Positions 46,214 through 56,387 of a stretch of DNA of 64,000 bases are shown here, in pieces. The translations under genes and the position numbers were made by a program. Source of the stretch: a virus; the IMG/VR virus record IMGVR_UViG_3300044655_001643; one strand, given 5' to 3'. Below the pieces are notes generated by a model. The model did not search any database. It was not told where the DNA came from and saw only the letters and a program-made list of their open reading frames with translations. How positions within the stretch are numbered: the first letter of the stretch is position 1; every line of letters starts with the position of its first letter.

Positions 46214-46973
46214 TTATCTCCTTGCGGCATTGTTCAATCTGTTCTGGTGTAATTGGTTGCATGTAGTGCCATTCTGGTTTGTTCTCCATCAAACTGAAAC
46301 CTTTACCCTTGACTGTGTTTGCAATAATAATTTTTGGTTTTGTTGATGAAGCATCCAGTGCTGCTTCGATAGCGTTTGTATCATGTCCATCAATAGAAAA
46401 AATATCAAATTCAAAACCAGATAACTTTTGATGAATTGAATTGAGTTTCAAACAATCATCTGTCTGACCAAGAATAATCAGATTATTGACATCAATAAAG
46501 ATTGTCATGTTTGGTATCTGACGATGTGCAACAAACAACAATGCTTCCCATGTTGAGCCTTCGTATAGTTCGCCCTCCGAGATAATCACATAAACATGTT
46601 TGTTTGGATCAGCAAGTGCCATACCAGCACCGACTCCAACACCATGGCCAAGAGAACCAGATGTCATATCAATACCTGGAATTGATACATTACCAAACAC
46701 ACGCAGACATGTATCTTTGTTCTTACCCCAATTCTCCCAATCTTCTTTTGGTAGAATATGCAAGTCTTTTAGAATAGGATACAATGCAACTGTTGCATGA
46801 CCTTTACTAATCAAAACTTTATCTTCTAGACCTACATAACCAGCATGATAAAGTGTAGTGACAATCTCTAACATTGAGAATGTAGAACCAGGATGACCTT
46901 GTTTTACTTCTACAAATTTCTCAAATAATTCTTTGCGATATAAGTTTGCTTTACGTTGCAAATCCATAATCAA
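46197..46973 (-). CDS. transketolase-like, N-terminal (TPP-binding) subunit
   Basis: GHPG, SKGHA, GSLGHG, SEGELYEGSTWEA and TVKGKG motifs. Confidence 0.88.
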   Translation of the reverse strand: MIMDLQRKANLYRKELFEKFVEVKQGHPGSTFSMLEIVTTLYHAGYVGLEDKVLISKGHATVALYPILKDLHILPKEDWENWGKNKDTCLRVFGNVSIPGIDMTSGSLGHGVGVGAGMALADPNKHVYVIISEGELYEGSTWEALLFVAHRQIPNMTIFIDVNNLIILGQTDDCLKLNSIHQKLSGFEFDIFSIDGHDTNAIEAALDASSTKPKIIIANTVKGKGFSLMENKPEWHYMQPITPEQIEQCRKEINDATA

Positions 46974-48490
46974 TCTCCAAGTATTTTTCGTTTCAGTTTT
47001 ATTTTCGACATCTCTTCAAGATTTTGGCGTGAATCTGCACCAAACTTTGTTTCTACAAGATTCAGGAATGGCTCATGTGAAAAGTATTTGTGCCATGCTT
47101 CATCACGGAACTTCAACACTTCTGCACCAGTCAATGTTTTTGTACGCAGAGGTTTGCAGTCATATGATAAGAACGCAAACTCTTCAAATCTTTCTGGCAA
47201 ATCCCATCCGTTATTCTTGGCGTACATGTACAATGGACTACCAGGCAATGCCATTGCAGCATAGAAGTTTGCATGTTCGGTGTTCAATTCAAGTGACAAA
47301 TCAAGTGTCTCTTGCATTGTCTCCATCGTATCTTCGGGGAAACCAAACATGTAATTACCAAGAATGTTGATGTCTGCTGCCTTGACATCAGCAACAACAC
47401 GACGAATATCTACATCTTCAAACTTGCCCTTCTCAATTTCAAGGCGTACATTTTGGTTTGCTGCTTCGATGCCAAGACACAACCAATTCACACCTGCTTC
47501 TTTGAATAGTTCAAGTTGATCTTTGCGGACAGAATCAACACGTGCATATGCCCAGAAGTTGAAATCCATACCACGTTGTTTGATGCCTTCTAGAATTGGT
47601 ATATAATATTTTTTATTCAGAAAGAACATCTCATCTGTTAGACGAACAGTACGAACACCATTCTCATACAGATATTCAAACTCTTTGAGCATTAGTTCTG
47701 GTGACCAGAAACGCATACCACGTGAATCGGATGATACTGTGCCTTGTTCATATGATGTACGATTCACAATGTTGATCATACAGAAATTACATCCAAATGA
47801 ACAACCTAGTGATGTAGAGATAGCAGCAAACGGTGTGCGATTCTCATCATCTTTGAAATAGTTGTGCCAGTAGTGGGCACGATATTTGTCTAACAGTTTT
47901 TTATCTTTTGGCAACAAGTCCCATGCGTAGCCTGGCATTACATTGTCCATATCTTTCGTTTGAACAATTTGACCAGGCGCACCAGTTGCAGCAAAGCCGT
48001 GTTTTTTGTATACCAAACCACGAACTTTTTCTAAATCATCAACATAGTTTGTTTGTAGCAAATCTAACAAACCATACACACCTTCATTGATGAAAACAAA
48101 ATCAACATAAGGTAAACCAATTACATCATATGGCAATGCAGATGCATGTGAGCCAACGAATACAGTCTTGATGTTTGGATGTGATTGTTTGAGTTGTGTT
48201 GCTAACTTTGATGCACCAATCATCATCGTGGTGCCTGAATTTGGATTTTGTCCATAAAGAACAAAGACTGCTATATCAGTTTTTGTCTTAGCAATTCTTT
48301 CTGCTGCTTCTTCAACGTCTGTTGGCTCAGCATCGAAATCTAAAATGCAAGGATCGTGGCCTGCAACACGAACGGCGTTAGCAAGAAGCAATGCCCATGT
48401 TGGAGGTTCAATAGCAGAATACTTATTCGCCAGTGCCTGATATGCTTGAGCAGCACTGCTCGGTATTACAAATGTCACCACTTTTGACAT
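46970..48490 (-). CDS. B12-binding radical SAM protein
   Basis: N-terminal cobalamin-binding-like domain (VGSHAS), CSFGCNFC, LGIEA and MFGFP. Confidence 0.88.
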   Translation of the reverse strand: MSKVVTFVIPSSAAQAYQALANKYSAIEPPTWALLLANAVRVAGHDPCILDFDAEPTDVEEAAERIAKTKTDIAVFVLYGQNPNSGTTMMIGASKLATQLKQSHPNIKTVFVGSHASALPYDVIGLPYVDFVFINEGVYGLLDLLQTNYVDDLEKVRGLVYKKHGFAATGAPGQIVQTKDMDNVMPGYAWDLLPKDKKLLDKYRAHYWHNYFKDDENRTPFAAISTSLGCSFGCNFCMINIVNRTSYEQGTVSSDSRGMRFWSPELMLKEFEYLYENGVRTVRLTDEMFFLNKKYYIPILEGIKQRGMDFNFWAYARVDSVRKDQLELFKEAGVNWLCLGIEAANQNVRLEIEKGKFEDVDIRRVVADVKAADINILGNYMFGFPEDTMETMQETLDLSLELNTEHANFYAAMALPGSPLYMYAKNNGWDLPERFEEFAFLSYDCKPLRTKTLTGAEVLKFRDEAWHKYFSHEPFLNLVETKFGADSRQNLEEMSKIKLKRKILGD

Positions 48491-48504
48491 AACAAAAAAT
48501 TCCT

Positions 48505-48924
48505 TTAGTGTAGTTTACTTGTCTTTACGCTCTTGAGAAGTTGGTCAAATTGTTCTTCTGACAAAGCACCATCATCTTCTTCATAATCTAGTTCTTCATC
48601 ATCAAGAAGTCTTTGAAGATTCGCATCCGATTCTTTCAAATCTTCACTGAGTCTTGCAACTAGTCTACCATAATATTGAATCATCTCTTCTTTCGGTTCA
48701 ACGACGGTAATGATATCTGTTGCATAAACGTTTGCGCTATTTACCTTGATAAGTTCAATTGGTAACCAGGGCATCATCATCATCATTGTTTGACCTGTTG
48801 GCATACGACGGAATACTAATCGCATTGGTTCATCCAGCTGGATCATATCTGAGTTTTCTTCTTCATACATAGATGCCACAATATCTTCACCAGTCTGCAT
48901 TCTTATTAGTTTTATGTTATGCAT
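48505..48924 (-). CDS. conserved hypothetical T4-like protein
   Basis: IKLIRMQTGEDIVA; follows uvsW. Confidence 0.7.
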   Translation of the reverse strand: MHNIKLIRMQTGEDIVASMYEEENSDMIQLDEPMRLVFRRMPTGQTMMMMMPWLPIELIKVNSANVYATDIITVVEPKEEMIQYYGRLVARLSEDLKESDANLQRLLDDEELDYEEDDGALSEEQFDQLLKSVKTSKLH

Positions 48925-50398
48925 TTTTGACCTCTATAGTGTAAAACTTGTATTTGAATTTTTCCTCATCATATATTCTAACACGGTCAGTAAAATGTTT
49001 CAATGTAAAATTCACATGTTTACCTAAACGAAAATCATCGGCAATGTCATATAACACTGCTTCAGTTTTATTATCTCCCAATCTAAGCCCACGACCGATA
49101 GACTGCAAGTTACGTACTCTGGACTTACTTGGTGATGCAAATATGACATTGTGGAGATTTCTGATGTTGACACCAGTGCTAAAAGTACCGTAAGATGCAA
49201 CAATAATCGCATTGTTTTCCTTTTCTGTTATGGCACGAACTTGCTCACGAACTTGAACATCTGTACCGCCATAAACAAAGAAAACGTGTCTACCGGTAGC
49301 TTTTTCTTTGATGAGTTTGTGAAGTTGTTTACCATGTTTCTCAACTAGATTGAACAACACCAATGAGTTGCCTTCTAGTGATACAACAAGATTTCTTATG
49401 AACTCATTCCGATACTTACTACTCACTATGTATTCTATCTCATTTTGATAGTCCCACGAACGTGACTGTTTGCAAACTTCTTCTGGATATTTCAATATCA
49501 AACACTTGATTCTAAAGTCTGCCAATTGTTTGTTTTTGATAAGTTCGGATGTTGTTGTGGATTGGTATATTGGCCCAAACAAACCTTCTAGCACCAGCTT
49601 ATGTGTTTGTGTACCGTCAATGGTACCTGTACAGCCGATACGATAAGATGCATTCTTCAGACCAGTCATAATGGTAGTCAATGACTTTGCTTTGAACTGG
49701 TGTGCTTCGTCGCCAAGAACAAAGTCAAACTGTTCAAAGTATTCTGGTGGATTCTTGTAGATTGATTGCCAAGTGGTAATTGTAAGAAACTTTTCTGTAT
49801 GTTTGTCTTTGCCTGAATACTGACGATGACAATACTTCTCTGAATCATAACCGTAGGAAGCAAAGTCGGAATACATTTGTTCTACAAGTGATGTTGTTGG
49901 AACAATCAATAAACCTTTCTTGTAATTTTTACTTTGCAGATATCTCAATATCATATACTGAATCAAAGACTTGCCAGATCCAGTCGGTGATAATAACAAC
50001 ATTCGCTTGTTTCTAACGGCAGAAATGAATGATTTGACTTGATATTCTCTTGCACCTTCTTGTATAATGTTTTTGGGAAGTTGAAGATGATCAATAAACT
50101 CTTTAGCTTCTGCTACTGAAAAGCTCTCTGTAACACTGATTGGTGTATCAATTGCTAGTTTGTAATTTCTCTCTTCACAAAACTTCTGAATGTAAGGCAC
50201 AAGACCGTGATAGATAGTAAATGAACGCAGATCAGCCAAGCGTATCTTACCATCCCAAAGACGATTCTTGTACGCCGGCATAAATTGATAGCCTGGAACA
50301 TGAAATGTAAAATAGTCTGCTAACTCCTGAGCAACACTTTTTTCACATGCAAATCGCAGAAAGACCTCATTCTGCTTATATAAAGTTAGATCATACAC
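48917..50398 (-). CDS. uvsW: DNA helicase UvsW
   Basis: SPTGSGKS, GDEAH and LQSIGRGLR; probable GTG start at 50398. Confidence 0.93.
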   Translation of the reverse strand: MYDLTLYKQNEVFLRFACEKSVAQELADYFTFHVPGYQFMPAYKNRLWDGKIRLADLRSFTIYHGLVPYIQKFCEERNYKLAIDTPISVTESFSVAEAKEFIDHLQLPKNIIQEGAREYQVKSFISAVRNKRMLLLSPTGSGKSLIQYMILRYLQSKNYKKGLLIVPTTSLVEQMYSDFASYGYDSEKYCHRQYSGKDKHTEKFLTITTWQSIYKNPPEYFEQFDFVLGDEAHQFKAKSLTTIMTGLKNASYRIGCTGTIDGTQTHKLVLEGLFGPIYQSTTTSELIKNKQLADFRIKCLILKYPEEVCKQSRSWDYQNEIEYIVSSKYRNEFIRNLVVSLEGNSLVLFNLVEKHGKQLHKLIKEKATGRHVFFVYGGTDVQVREQVRAITEKENNAIIVASYGTFSTGVNIRNLHNVIFASPSKSRVRNLQSIGRGLRLGDNKTEAVLYDIADDFRLGKHVNFTLKHFTDRVRIYDEEKFKYKFYTIEVKNA

Positions 50399-50825
50399 CT
50401 TGAATAAATTTTTCCCAGTCAATGAACGAACGGAGTTCCCATGTTCGATTGTTTAGTTCTTTGAGTATTGCTTGACAGACTTCCACAATTTCTTCATGTA
50501 ATAATTTCTTGGCAAGATACTTATTGATATCTTCGTCTGCTTCTAGATATGTATTGATCTCAGATTTGAGTGTGTATGGAAATGGCTGCCAACCATATTT
50601 GCTCAAATCATCTTCATCAAGTTTACCAGTGTAGTATTCCCATTTGAGTTTACGCCACTTATTGTAATTGAACTCGGCTTCTTTTGCCAACAGCCGATGT
50701 GAAGAAAGAATGTTTAGATACTTGCTGTGAAGTTTCGGAATGTCAATCAGTGCTTTACCTGGTTCAGTCCTGTCGATGACAGAATCAGCAGTCCACATTT
50801 GTAATACATCATCAAGTTTGCTCAT
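50391..50825 (-). CDS. uvsY: recombination mediator UvsY
   Basis: IPKLHSKYL, EYYTGK and YLEAD; synteny. Confidence 0.9.
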   Translation of the reverse strand: MSKLDDVLQMWTADSVIDRTEPGKALIDIPKLHSKYLNILSSHRLLAKEAEFNYNKWRKLKWEYYTGKLDEDDLSKYGWQPFPYTLKSEINTYLEADEDINKYLAKKLLHEEIVEVCQAILKELNNRTWELRSFIDWEKFIQGV

Positions 50826-50855
50826 AGTATACCTCCTATTAGGAGTTTATCACAT

Positions 50856-51395
50856 TCAAAATAATTTTTCTACGTTATAATAGGTAAATCTGAAAGTAGC
50901 GTCTGCGGTGATAATAGTGTCTGGAGTATCTGTAGCACTCATAACAAAACCAGACAATGCAATTGGAAATAAATCTTTGAAGTTGAAACGGTAATATGGT
51001 TTATTTGATGCTGATAAAATAGTTACCGCACCATCAGTGTATTGTGGAGTTTTCGTTGGCTGTGCGGAGTTGAATTTGTTTAGTGTGCCCAAACTTTGGT
51101 ATTCTTCATACTCTGTTGGAAATGTCATTGCACGAAGCCAATCATGTATTTCTAACCAACTCAACATCTCGGCATCAACAATAAAAGTGACATTCAATAT
51201 GTCATAAATTGTTTTTTCACCAGGTGCGTAGAGTTCCACAAATGGGTTTGTCACTGGAATTTCTGATGTTGAAAGACCAGGTAATGAAACTGTTTGACAA
51301 AAGTATTGCAAATTCGGTGTACGAGCCATGTTCAGAGTGAACTTGTTCGGCTGTAACGAATTTGGATTAGATGGATTACGTGTGAGAACTGTCAT
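50856..51395 (-). CDS. gp3: tail completion/tube terminator (gp3-like)
   Basis: YFCQTVSLPG and FKDLFPIALS; position after gp23. Confidence 0.8.
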   Translation of the reverse strand: MTVLTRNPSNPNSLQPNKFTLNMARTPNLQYFCQTVSLPGLSTSEIPVTNPFVELYAPGEKTIYDILNVTFIVDAEMLSWLEIHDWLRAMTFPTEYEEYQSLGTLNKFNSAQPTKTPQYTDGAVTILSASNKPYYRFNFKDLFPIALSGFVMSATDTPDTIITADATFRFTYYNVEKLF

Positions 51396-51400
51396 ACGTT

Positions 51401-51408
51401 TATTTATA
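51401..51408 (-). promoter_or_regulatory. T4-type late promoter TATAAATA
   Basis: Exact consensus upstream of gp3. Confidence 0.75.
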
Positions 51409-51412
51409 AGAT

Positions 51413-51440
51413 AAAAAAAGAGACACCCGAAGGTGTCTCT
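51413..51440 (-). terminator. intrinsic terminator after gp23
   Basis: AGAGACACC-TTCG-GGTGTCTCT followed by a T run. Confidence 0.88.
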
Positions 51441-51471
51441 TCAAACCCACTCTTAACGGTGGTTTTATAAC

Positions 51472-52815
51472 TCACATGAGGTTGGCAATTCTAAATCCTC
51501 TGTAGTAGTTGTTTGTTTGTGAATCCAAACGACCCAGACCCTGATCAGTACCTTCAGCAAATGGATTAGCAACTAGACCGTAACGAGTCTTGAAGCCAAT
51601 CTTTGGCTGGAATGTACCAGTATCAACTGCACGAACCATTTGCAGAGGAACGTATGGGCAGTAGAACATACCAGCATCGTATGCGTTAGTACCCTTGTAA
51701 CCTACAACCGCAAACTCTGATGTTGAGCCTGTTGGGAAGTATGGATCGATGTAGACTTTGATACGACCGAAGATTGTACCAGCAAATGTATTACCAGTAT
51801 CGTCAACTGTCAGTGATACTTGACCAGCAAGTGCTGAGTTATAGTCAAGAATACCAGACATCGCCAAAGCGGATGCTACGTCTGAGGAACAGATAACGAT
51901 GTTACCTTTACCACGACGGGTTGTCTTAGCGATTTGATTAGCTTCACGCTCAATCTGGAATGCAAGACCTTTGATCTTTTCAACCATCCAACGACCGTTT
52001 GAGTCTGTGTCAAGGTTGAATGCACCACGTGTTGTTGTACCCGCTTGGCAGCCTGGCTTAGCAACTTTGTAGATTGTGCGGATAACTTCACGGTTGATTT
52101 CAGCAAGAATTTCTGCGGACAGAATGTTAGCCAATTCTGTTTCAGCGTCAAGACCATGAACTGCTTTCAAGTCTTGTGCCAGTTCCATTGAGTATTCTGC
52201 TTTCAATGCACGTGTACGAGCAGTTACAGTAACTTTCTCAATTGAGAATGCCATTTCTTGGAATGTGTTACCTGCTGCACCGTCACCCAATGCTTCAGCC
52301 GAACCTGTTGTCATAGCGCCAGTAGGAGCAGCGTTACCTGTAAACAGATAGTCTGTTGTGTTACCAGCGATTGTCATTGAGGATGCAACGATAGCACCGT
52401 TAGCACCAGCAAATGCTGTGTTAGCTTCGTTGTAGAATGCTTCTGTACCATTCTGTGCGCCATACTTAGTACGCATTGCGAAAATCAGACCTGTAGGACC
52501 TGTCATTGGCTGAACGCCGCAAACGTCATACGCAATCAGATTAGGCAATGAACGACGAACCAGGCTGATCAGAATTGGATCGAAACCAGCAACTGGACCA
52601 GCAGCAGCAGCAGAACCACCAAAACCGCCTGTACCAGCAAAGTTAGTTGGTGAACCTGTCTCTTGCAGAATACCAGATTCTTTGATCATTTCCTGGGCTT
52701 GGTTTTCCAGGATAACTGCCGTAACTGCTTTACGATATGGATCAGCAATTGCTGGCAGGTCTGGGTGGTTTAGAACACCATCCCATTTGCTTTGTAGTTG
52801 TTCAGACAAATACAT
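51472..52815 (-). CDS. gp23: major capsid protein (gp23)
   Basis: GVQPMTGPTGLIFAMR, ELAQDLKAVHGLDAE and FQPKIGFKTRYG. Confidence 0.98.
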   Translation of the reverse strand: MYLSEQLQSKWDGVLNHPDLPAIADPYRKAVTAVILENQAQEMIKESGILQETGSPTNFAGTGGFGGSAAAAGPVAGFDPILISLVRRSLPNLIAYDVCGVQPMTGPTGLIFAMRTKYGAQNGTEAFYNEANTAFAGANGAIVASSMTIAGNTTDYLFTGNAAPTGAMTTGSAEALGDGAAGNTFQEMAFSIEKVTVTARTRALKAEYSMELAQDLKAVHGLDAETELANILSAEILAEINREVIRTIYKVAKPGCQAGTTTRGAFNLDTDSNGRWMVEKIKGLAFQIEREANQIAKTTRRGKGNIVICSSDVASALAMSGILDYNSALAGQVSLTVDDTGNTFAGTIFGRIKVYIDPYFPTGSTSEFAVVGYKGTNAYDAGMFYCPYVPLQMVRAVDTGTFQPKIGFKTRYGLVANPFAEGTDQGLGRLDSQTNNYYRGFRIANLM

Positions 52816-52838
52816 CTTTGTATCTCCTTTGTTTATTA

Positions 52839-53933
52839 TTAAATTTTTGTTTTCGAAATTGCTTGCATGACTGATGCAACGTATGGATCTGAAACGACCT
52901 TCTTCTCGTTGCTATCTTCGTCATCAACTGTTTCGTGAAGTTGTGCTACATCGGCTTTTTTCATGCCTGATGGGAAGTAGTTCTCACGGATTGTTTCAAG
53001 TTTATCTTTGAATTCTTCCTCTGTGGAAAATTCAACACTCTCTGCAAGTGACTTGATTTTTTCTACTTGAGTTGCTGTGAGTCCTTCACATACTTCATTT
53101 ACAAGTTGTACTTTAACCGCTTCAGTAAGTTGTTTCTTATACTGAACGTTGGTTTCAATTTCTTCGTTTAGTTTGTTTTCCAGATCTTCGACTTTGGAAG
53201 CAAGTTCTTCTACCAAGTCAACTTTATCTTCTGGAACATTGATGTAGTTTTCAGCAAACAGATTGCGTAGACCAGCAATGAAATCTTCAGTAATTTCTGA
53301 ACGCAGACCGCTTTCAATAGCAATCTCGTTTTCATCCATCCACTGCTCAACAACATAGTTGAGGTAGTCATCTACTTTTTCTGTCAATTCTGCTTTGATT
53401 GTGTCAACTGCTTCGGCAAGTTGGCCAGCATATTCTGTTTCCAGTTGCTCTTGAATTTGTGTCACACGGTCAAATACACGTGCTTCAAAAATTGTTGCTG
53501 CTCTTGATTTGAAGTCATCAGAGATTGATGAATCATCTGCAAACAGAGAAGCAACATCTTCTTTGATCTGTGCTTTGATTTCTTCAACTGCTGAATTATC
53601 GTCGAGAATTTCTTCTTCAACATCAGTATCTTCAGGCATCATTGCTGTACCTGTACCTGCTTTCATGTTCTTGTCGCCAAGTTGAACATCGCTTGATGCT
53701 GCTGAAGGTTTTGCTGTAGGTGCTGTTGCACTCTTAGCAGTACCTTTGCTTGCCAACTTGTTAGAATCATCAGTCGGTTTGTTGTTTTGTGGGGTTGGTC
53801 CACCTAAATCTTCAGGTGTTCCAGAGTTGCCTGGAGTGTCGTAGTGTGACTTAGGCATTGGCATACCAGGAGCGGAAGACTTGCTTGATGCAAGAATTTC
53901 TGCTGCGGCTTCCATTAGTTTATTTGTTGCCAT
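52839..53933 (-). CDS. gp22: prohead core scaffold (gp22)
   Basis: AATIFEA and VDDYLNYVVEQWMDENEIA; synteny. Confidence 0.92.
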   Translation of the reverse strand: MATNKLMEAAAEILASSKSSAPGMPMPKSHYDTPGNSGTPEDLGGPTPQNNKPTDDSNKLASKGTAKSATAPTAKPSAASSDVQLGDKNMKAGTGTAMMPEDTDVEEEILDDNSAVEEIKAQIKEDVASLFADDSSISDDFKSRAATIFEARVFDRVTQIQEQLETEYAGQLAEAVDTIKAELTEKVDDYLNYVVEQWMDENEIAIESGLRSEITEDFIAGLRNLFAENYINVPEDKVDLVEELASKVEDLENKLNEEIETNVQYKKQLTEAVKVQLVNEVCEGLTATQVEKIKSLAESVEFSTEEEFKDKLETIRENYFPSGMKKADVAQLHETVDDEDSNEKKVVSDPYVASVMQAISKTKI

Positions 53934-53955
53934 TGGATATCTCCTTATGATTTCT

Positions 53956-53963
53956 TATTTATA
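53956..53963 (-). promoter_or_regulatory. T4-type late promoter TATAAATA
   Basis: Exact consensus upstream of gp22. Confidence 0.8.
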
Positions 53964-53967
53964 AAAT

Positions 53968-54618
53968 TTAGAGTTTTCGTAGGAAGTTTTCGAAAAGTTG
54001 AAGTCCAACGGACTCAATATCTTTACGAGATGCTTGACGAATCTGTTTTTTAGCGTAGTCAATATGTGACTCAACAAAACGACCCTCAACATACATCCAT
54101 TCTTTGTTTTCCATGATGCCTTGAACAAATGCACCTGGTGCTGAAGGGTCAGCAACAATGTCTGCTGCTGTGGCAAGACGCAAATCATCTTGAACCAAAT
54201 TGTAACCTTCTTTTGTCATTACGACTGAGCCAAGGGCACGTGAAGAAACACCTAGATTCACACCAGAATCAATCAGATTCTTAGCAATCTGTCCATATGG
54301 TGTTTCCATAATGAGTGCTTTACCGATAAATGTATTACCGTTTTCTTTGAGGCTAACAATCTTATGTGACACACGTTCAAGATTGAGTGATGGTGTATCA
54401 GGATGTCCTAGTTCGCCAAGCGCACGGTTTGACTCAATGAGTTCTTTGTTATAACGTGCAACTTCATTACGCAATGTATCCATTTTGTACATACGATTGT
54501 TGCGATTGACTGCATCGCCAACAAGAAAGATTCCTTCGATGTACATTTGTTTTTTACCATCTTCTGTTTTTTCGGTAAGATAGCGAACTTCTTCAATATG
54601 TTCTTTGATGAGTTTCAT
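53968..54618 (-). CDS. gp21: prohead protease (gp21)
   Basis: IEGIF, NRNNRMY, ALGELGHP, GVSSRALGS and DIVADPSAP motifs. Confidence 0.95.
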   Translation of the reverse strand: MKLIKEHIEEVRYLTEKTEDGKKQMYIEGIFLVGDAVNRNNRMYKMDTLRNEVARYNKELIESNRALGELGHPDTPSLNLERVSHKIVSLKENGNTFIGKALIMETPYGQIAKNLIDSGVNLGVSSRALGSVVMTKEGYNLVQDDLRLATAADIVADPSAPGAFVQGIMENKEWMYVEGRFVESHIDYAKKQIRQASRKDIESVGLQLFENFLRKL

Positions 54619-54980
54619 TAGATAGTTACTCCTGTGTATGGATCGACATTATATGTCGCTATTTTGGATACTTCCATAATAAAAGAACCACCTGTGTTGA
54701 TCGTTGCAACAATACTTTGAGTATTATTGTTTGCTATTGAGTGGGAGAAGTCAGCAAAGTCCATTACACCACCAGTATGCAGTGCAAGAATAGGCACACC
54801 ACCCCGAGTAATTGTAATGCTACCGTTTGTTGACCACATGATTCGTTTGATGTCGGCACCAGTAACATTTTCAATAGTTGTATTTGCTCTCATATCATTG
54901 AGAGTGAATGTATATGTGCCAGCATCAACAGCACGAATAACTGACAGACCTCTTAGTGTGTTGGTAATTTCAAATGGCAT
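54618..54980 (-). CDS. hypothetical protein in head module
   Basis: 120 aa between the gp68-like gene and gp21. Confidence 0.65.
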   Translation of the reverse strand: MPFEITNTLRGLSVIRAVDAGTYTFTLNDMRANTTIENVTGADIKRIMWSTNGSITITRGGVPILALHTGGVMDFADFSHSIANNNTQSIVATINTGGSFIMEVSKIATYNVDPYTGVTI

Positions 54981-54981
54981 T

Positions 54982-55443
54982 TTATTTTAGTCCCATAGAT
55001 TTGCGACGGCGCATTGACATCTTTCTTTTTAGCAATGTGCGTCTAAGTTTTGCTCTTCTTGTTGTTTTCCATGCTCGTTTTAACAAACGTGCTTTACGTA
55101 ATCTTTCTGTTGCTGGTATACGTTTGATTGTATTGCCAGACAAACGATAACCTTTTATTGCCGATTTGCGTACATTCTTCTGTACGATAATTCTACCTTT
55201 TTTATTACGACGAATACGGCGACGAATCTTTTGCACTCTGCCCATCTTTACAACGTTTGGATTGCGTTTCTTGGCCGCTTCTTCCAATACTTCTTCGTCA
55301 ACTTCAATCTCTTCAAACATCTCATCGACGACGAATGGTTTTGCTTCTTCCATTTTGATAGAAGCAATGTCATCTAAACGATCAAAGATTAGTTTCTTTG
55401 CTTCGTCTAATTTATTTTGAAGAATTAGTTCTACAAAATTCAT
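54982..55443 (-). CDS. prohead core protein (gp68-like)
   Basis: Acidic EEIEVDEEVLEE then a very basic C-terminus ending MRRRKSMGL; synteny. Confidence 0.65.
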   Translation of the reverse strand: MNFVELILQNKLDEAKKLIFDRLDDIASIKMEEAKPFVVDEMFEEIEVDEEVLEEAAKKRNPNVVKMGRVQKIRRRIRRNKKGRIIVQKNVRKSAIKGYRLSGNTIKRIPATERLRKARLLKRAWKTTRRAKLRRTLLKRKMSMRRRKSMGLK

Positions 55444-56182
55444 TGAGTTGACCAAATGTTGTTATTGATTCTGTCAATTGTTGCCAGAATACTTGTTTAT
55501 TTTCTTCGTCTAATTGACTATAAGTGTCAATCAAAAATTGTTTGTTTTCTTCACTCAATATAATTGAGTTGCCATCATTGAGTAATAGTTGTTCAGATTC
55601 AACAAGTTCTTTTATGTATTCTTCTGCCTGAACAACAGCATCAACAGTGGGACCATATGGCAAACTAAACACTCTTTTGAGTTTGTCGCTGTAATACAAA
55701 GCAACACGTGTGCCGTCTGGATATAAACGAACTGCTTTACGCTTGATTACCAAAACAACCGGTGGATCTGGTACCACTGGATAAGCACTTCCAACGCTGT
55801 CTCCTTTGGCTTCTTTCATATCGTAGCCAACATCACCAACTTTCAGTTTTGAACGACGGTATTTTTTACCTTCAATGTTTGTTTTGAAATCTGCGGTAGC
55901 GATCATACCTTCATTCAAATCTTCACGGACTGCTTGTCTTGCTTTGGTATAAATTTGCTTATTACTGGTAATCAAATCAGCCATACGATTGAAAAGACTA
56001 CGCATGATTTCACGATCAGCATTATTGAACACTGGTCGCTCTTCACTCATCTTATCCATTATTTTATGGATACGTTGCAACTGTGCTTTATTGGCCAAAC
56101 CAGCACGAACAAGAGCGTCTAACTTTGAGTAATCAGACTTCTCTTCTTCAACAATGTGTTTGAACTCTAGTAAAGACTTCAT
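55412..56182 (-). CDS. hypothetical prohead-region protein
   Basis: MKSLLEFKHIVEE start; DPPVVLVIKRK domain. Confidence 0.65.
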   Translation of the reverse strand: MKSLLEFKHIVEEEKSDYSKLDALVRAGLANKAQLQRIHKIMDKMSEERPVFNNADREIMRSLFNRMADLITSNKQIYTKARQAVREDLNEGMIATADFKTNIEGKKYRRSKLKVGDVGYDMKEAKGDSVGSAYPVVPDPPVVLVIKRKAVRLYPDGTRVALYYSDKLKRVFSLPYGPTVDAVVQAEEYIKELVESEQLLLNDGNSIILSEENKQFLIDTYSQLDEENKQVFWQQLTESITTFGQLNEFCRTNSSK

Positions 56183-56376
56183 TCTTCTACGGCTTCTTCG
56201 TTATCTGTAACTTCTTCAGACTCTTGGTTTTTCCCGCCAAAAAGAGTAGAAGCGATTTCTTGCTTGCGGCCTTGGAGCGCATCGAACGCTTTCGCTGATA
56301 ATGCATTTTCTATGCTTTCTTTTGCTGCTACGTTTTCGCCAGCAGCAATGTTGTTGATAATGTCTTGAATATCCAT
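56179..56376 (-). CDS. small acidic prohead core protein (gp67-like)
   Basis: 65 aa, acidic tail, directly after the portal. Confidence 0.6.
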   Translation of the reverse strand: MDIQDIINNIAAGENVAAKESIENALSAKAFDALQGRKQEIASTLFGGKNQESEEVTDNEEAVEE

Positions 56377-56387
56377 AATAACCTTTC

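Noticed and set aside
46560-46590. SEGE instead of GDGE in the transketolase TPP motif as a sign of inactivation
   Set aside because: The change is conservative and the other motifs are intact; it cannot be judged without an alignment.
50833-50845. Small hairpin CTCCT-AAT-AGGAG covering the uvsY RBS
   Set aside because: Only 5 bp with a 3-nt loop; too weak to claim regulation.
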